Source: Utricularia gibba
Taxonomy: Eukaryota > Plantae > Magnoliophyta
Reading direction: 5' to 3'
DNA length: 64,000 nucleotides
Assembly: GCA_002189035.1 (NCBI GenBank)
Contig: NEEC01000013.1
Location: forward strand, 434,001-498,000
Positions within the stretch are counted from its first letter, which is position 1, and each line of letters opens with the position of its first letter. Under the pieces are notes generated by a model. That model did no database searches. It was not told where the DNA came from and saw only the letters and a list, made by a program, of their open reading frames with translations. The translations under genes were made by a program, and so were the position numbers. This document shows positions 61,700-64,000 of the stretch, in pieces.

Positions 61700-64000
61700 G
61701 CACTTTATGAGCTATACTAGATTAAACTTCAAAACTGTACGTCAGTTTACTTTTTTGCACCCTTGCTGCCCAACTTTTATTGTTTTGTCTCCTTACGATT
61801 ATGGAGCTATTTATGTAATCGACAATGTAGCAGATTTCATATTATGGATCCAATCACCAGATTCTTTTTTCTTCTCCTGCAGCTCCTTCCTCGGCCAAAT
61901 TAAGTTGTCACCAAGGTCTTGTATGGCATCATTAGAATATGTACTTTATTCCCCTAATTCAGCTAGCAAATCCTCAAACTTAGTACCCCATGACGTTTTT
62001 TTTCCTTCCGCACTTCCTGCCTCATCACCACTATTTGAACTTGTGTTGGCATGCTTTCATTTCCTCCCTCCATACACAGATGATGGCTACTCTTGAAATG
62101 GAGAAGGCTCATCATGAGCAGATTATTTATCATTAGTTTCAAATGATGAGCTTGGGTAGGGCAACAACAAGTTTATTGAATCAAACATGTAGTCTTCTAT
62201 GGCTGAAGGTATTTTCTATTTTACATTAGTTACGTTTCCGTCTTCTAGGAGCATTCCATCTACTCTATCTTTTTTGAAGATATCAATCCAATCCTCATAG
62301 TAAGGCAAACTTTTATTCCTCAACATATTGTGAGTATGCTGATGATTGTTTAGAATGGATTTGCTAAATGTCGTGGTCTAGCACATTAAACACATCAAAA
62401 TAAATTTATTAACCTAGCTATTCTATTACACAAATCATATGAATTAATATAGTGTGAGAACCAAGAGTCGAATCCACATGGAATTATTGCAATTTCATGA
62501 AGCTTATAACATTTACTGAAAACAGGGAGGTTTCTTCTTGGGATTTAGCTCTAATGCACGTAAGATATAAAATAACAGTACCTGAAATAAACAAGTTGCA
62601 GGGATGAAAAGGCACTGAAATTAACGTGAATGAGCAAAAAACATAAAATAAAAGTAACTTGGCTGAGTTTTATATCAAGATCTATCTCTTGTGTCACTTA
62701 AGAGAGACCATAGGCTTAAACCCAACTTTAAAACACTTAAAAACAGAGCAATGGTTCGCAGGAACAGTGAAAAGCATGTTAAACATAGAACCAAACACGA
62801 AAAGGTAAAACGAAACATGTTCATAAACTGAAATAAGGTTTACAGAGTGTTTCCCGTTCACAACTAAGTACCAGAAATGTAACAGAAAGCATCAAAACGA
62901 AGACAGTAACAATAGCAAGTTCACGTAAAAATGGAAGTGCATAAATATGCAAATAAAAGTGTCAAGCTGCTTTTGTAGGCTGTAGATCTACTAAAAATCA
63001 AAGTTCTGAGCAAAAAGATGGTGTAGAAATGCAGATCTGGAGGTCACTAGAGATGTTCACTGGAGAAACATAGTTTTTGTTTTTCCCCGTCTATTCACTT
63101 CCCCCGTCTACCTACTATGTGCTCCTTGTCTCTCTCTTCCTTTTTCCTTTTTCAGCTTAAAAGTAAGGATAGTTTTGTCTTTTCCTCAAGCTTTTAGAAA
63201 AGATATCTCTGCTCCAAATCTTATCTCTTCAAAAGGGTGTTTGCTTTCAGTGAAAATTAACTTTTGCATAGCATTTCTGTCCCTATTGACTTGTCAACGC
63301 AGAAAAAGCGTTATTACAATACTAGCTCTTACCTTGTTAAAATTTAAACACACACTAGATGAAAATTTTAGATCTTTCAGCTCAATTGTTGCTAATTGAT
63401 CATGTTTTCACAATAAACACATTTTAACAAACGAAATACACAAAAGCAAACAATTCAGCATACTAAACAACATTTGACCCTACAAAACACACATAAAAAT
63501 ACATATAAAAACATAATAAAAACAGTGTTATCATATGCGCATCCTACTGTTCACATTGTTAAAGACCATTAAAAAATAAATGAACAAGGGGAAAACAAAA
63601 ATATAAAAAATATATTACATAATGCCTACTTTAACTCCATCCACAATTCTGATGTTGAATATATCCTTGGTAGTCTAGTCAAAACCAGTTGCATTTTTGC
63701 TTAAGAAGTCAACGAATATATTATAATCTCTCTTGAAGCTACCCAACTTGGAATACATATGAGGATGGACTTTTTTTTTAGTTCCAGAACAAAAATTCAT
63801 GAATGCTTGCTCTAAAGCAAATAGACATTTTGGCTTCTATCCATTCTCAGAACGCCACACCATTGGCTATTAACTCCTTCAATACAGTTATAAACATCCT
63901 TTCTTTATGTACATTCCAATTGCACTTAGTCTTAGAACATTCACCTCCTCTGATTCCTATCGCTTTCTTATTGTATCAGTTTGGTTTGTTCATAATAGGC
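61700..64000 (-). mobile_element. Second PIF/Harbinger element: Myb/SANT-like ORF1 remnant running off the window end
   Basis: WRSENG*KPKCLFALEQAF...PHMYSKLGSFKRDYN (about 63860-63715) and MLRNKSLPYYEDWIDIFKKDR (from about 62330 leftward), joined across a solo LTR. Confidence 0.75.
62340..63533 (-). mobile_element. Athila-like solo LTR (1194 bp) with a perfect 5-bp TSD
   Basis: Minus strand TGATAACACTG...AATCATCA; TSD TATGC at 62335-62339 and 63534-63538. Confidence 0.92.

Noticed and set aside
1-64000. tRNA, rRNA, snoRNA, miRNA hairpins or plastid/mitochondrial insertions
   Set aside because: None recognisable by eye. A covariance-model scan (Infernal/Rfam, tRNAscan-SE) would be needed to exclude small RNAs.

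Overview
Plant (angiosperm, probably eudicot) nuclear genomic DNA with four host protein-coding loci among large blocks of degenerate, nested transposons. Host genes, assembled by hand from splice sites: (1) a TOPLESS/TOPLESS-RELATED corepressor (+, 6618-12156, 25 coding exons, about 1117 aa); (2) a convergent RNI-like leucine-rich-repeat gene resembling Arabidopsis At1g15740 (-, 16308-12755, 15 coding exons), carrying a 1-bp frameshift; (3) glycerol kinase, GLI1/NHO1 type (+, 34136-36193, 521 aa); (4) phosphatidylcholine:diacylglycerol cholinephosphotransferase, ROD1/PDCT (+, 57326-58238, 255 aa). About 17-33 kb, 37-56 kb and 59-64 kb are mostly TE remnants (Copia, Tat- and Athila-like Gypsy, hAT, PIF/Harbinger, a MULE-like MITE), including a three-level nested stack with recoverable target-site duplications. 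The most unusual host-gene signals are in TOPLESS: four GC-AG introns, a duplicated branch point/acceptor that could insert 24 aa in frame next to N176, a shifted donor, and an out-of-frame conserved C-terminal tail. I found no tRNA, rRNA, CRISPR or organellar insert, and I cannot claim a new biological system from sequence alone. Gene, family and Arabidopsis locus assignments come from recognised motifs and memory, not database searches.
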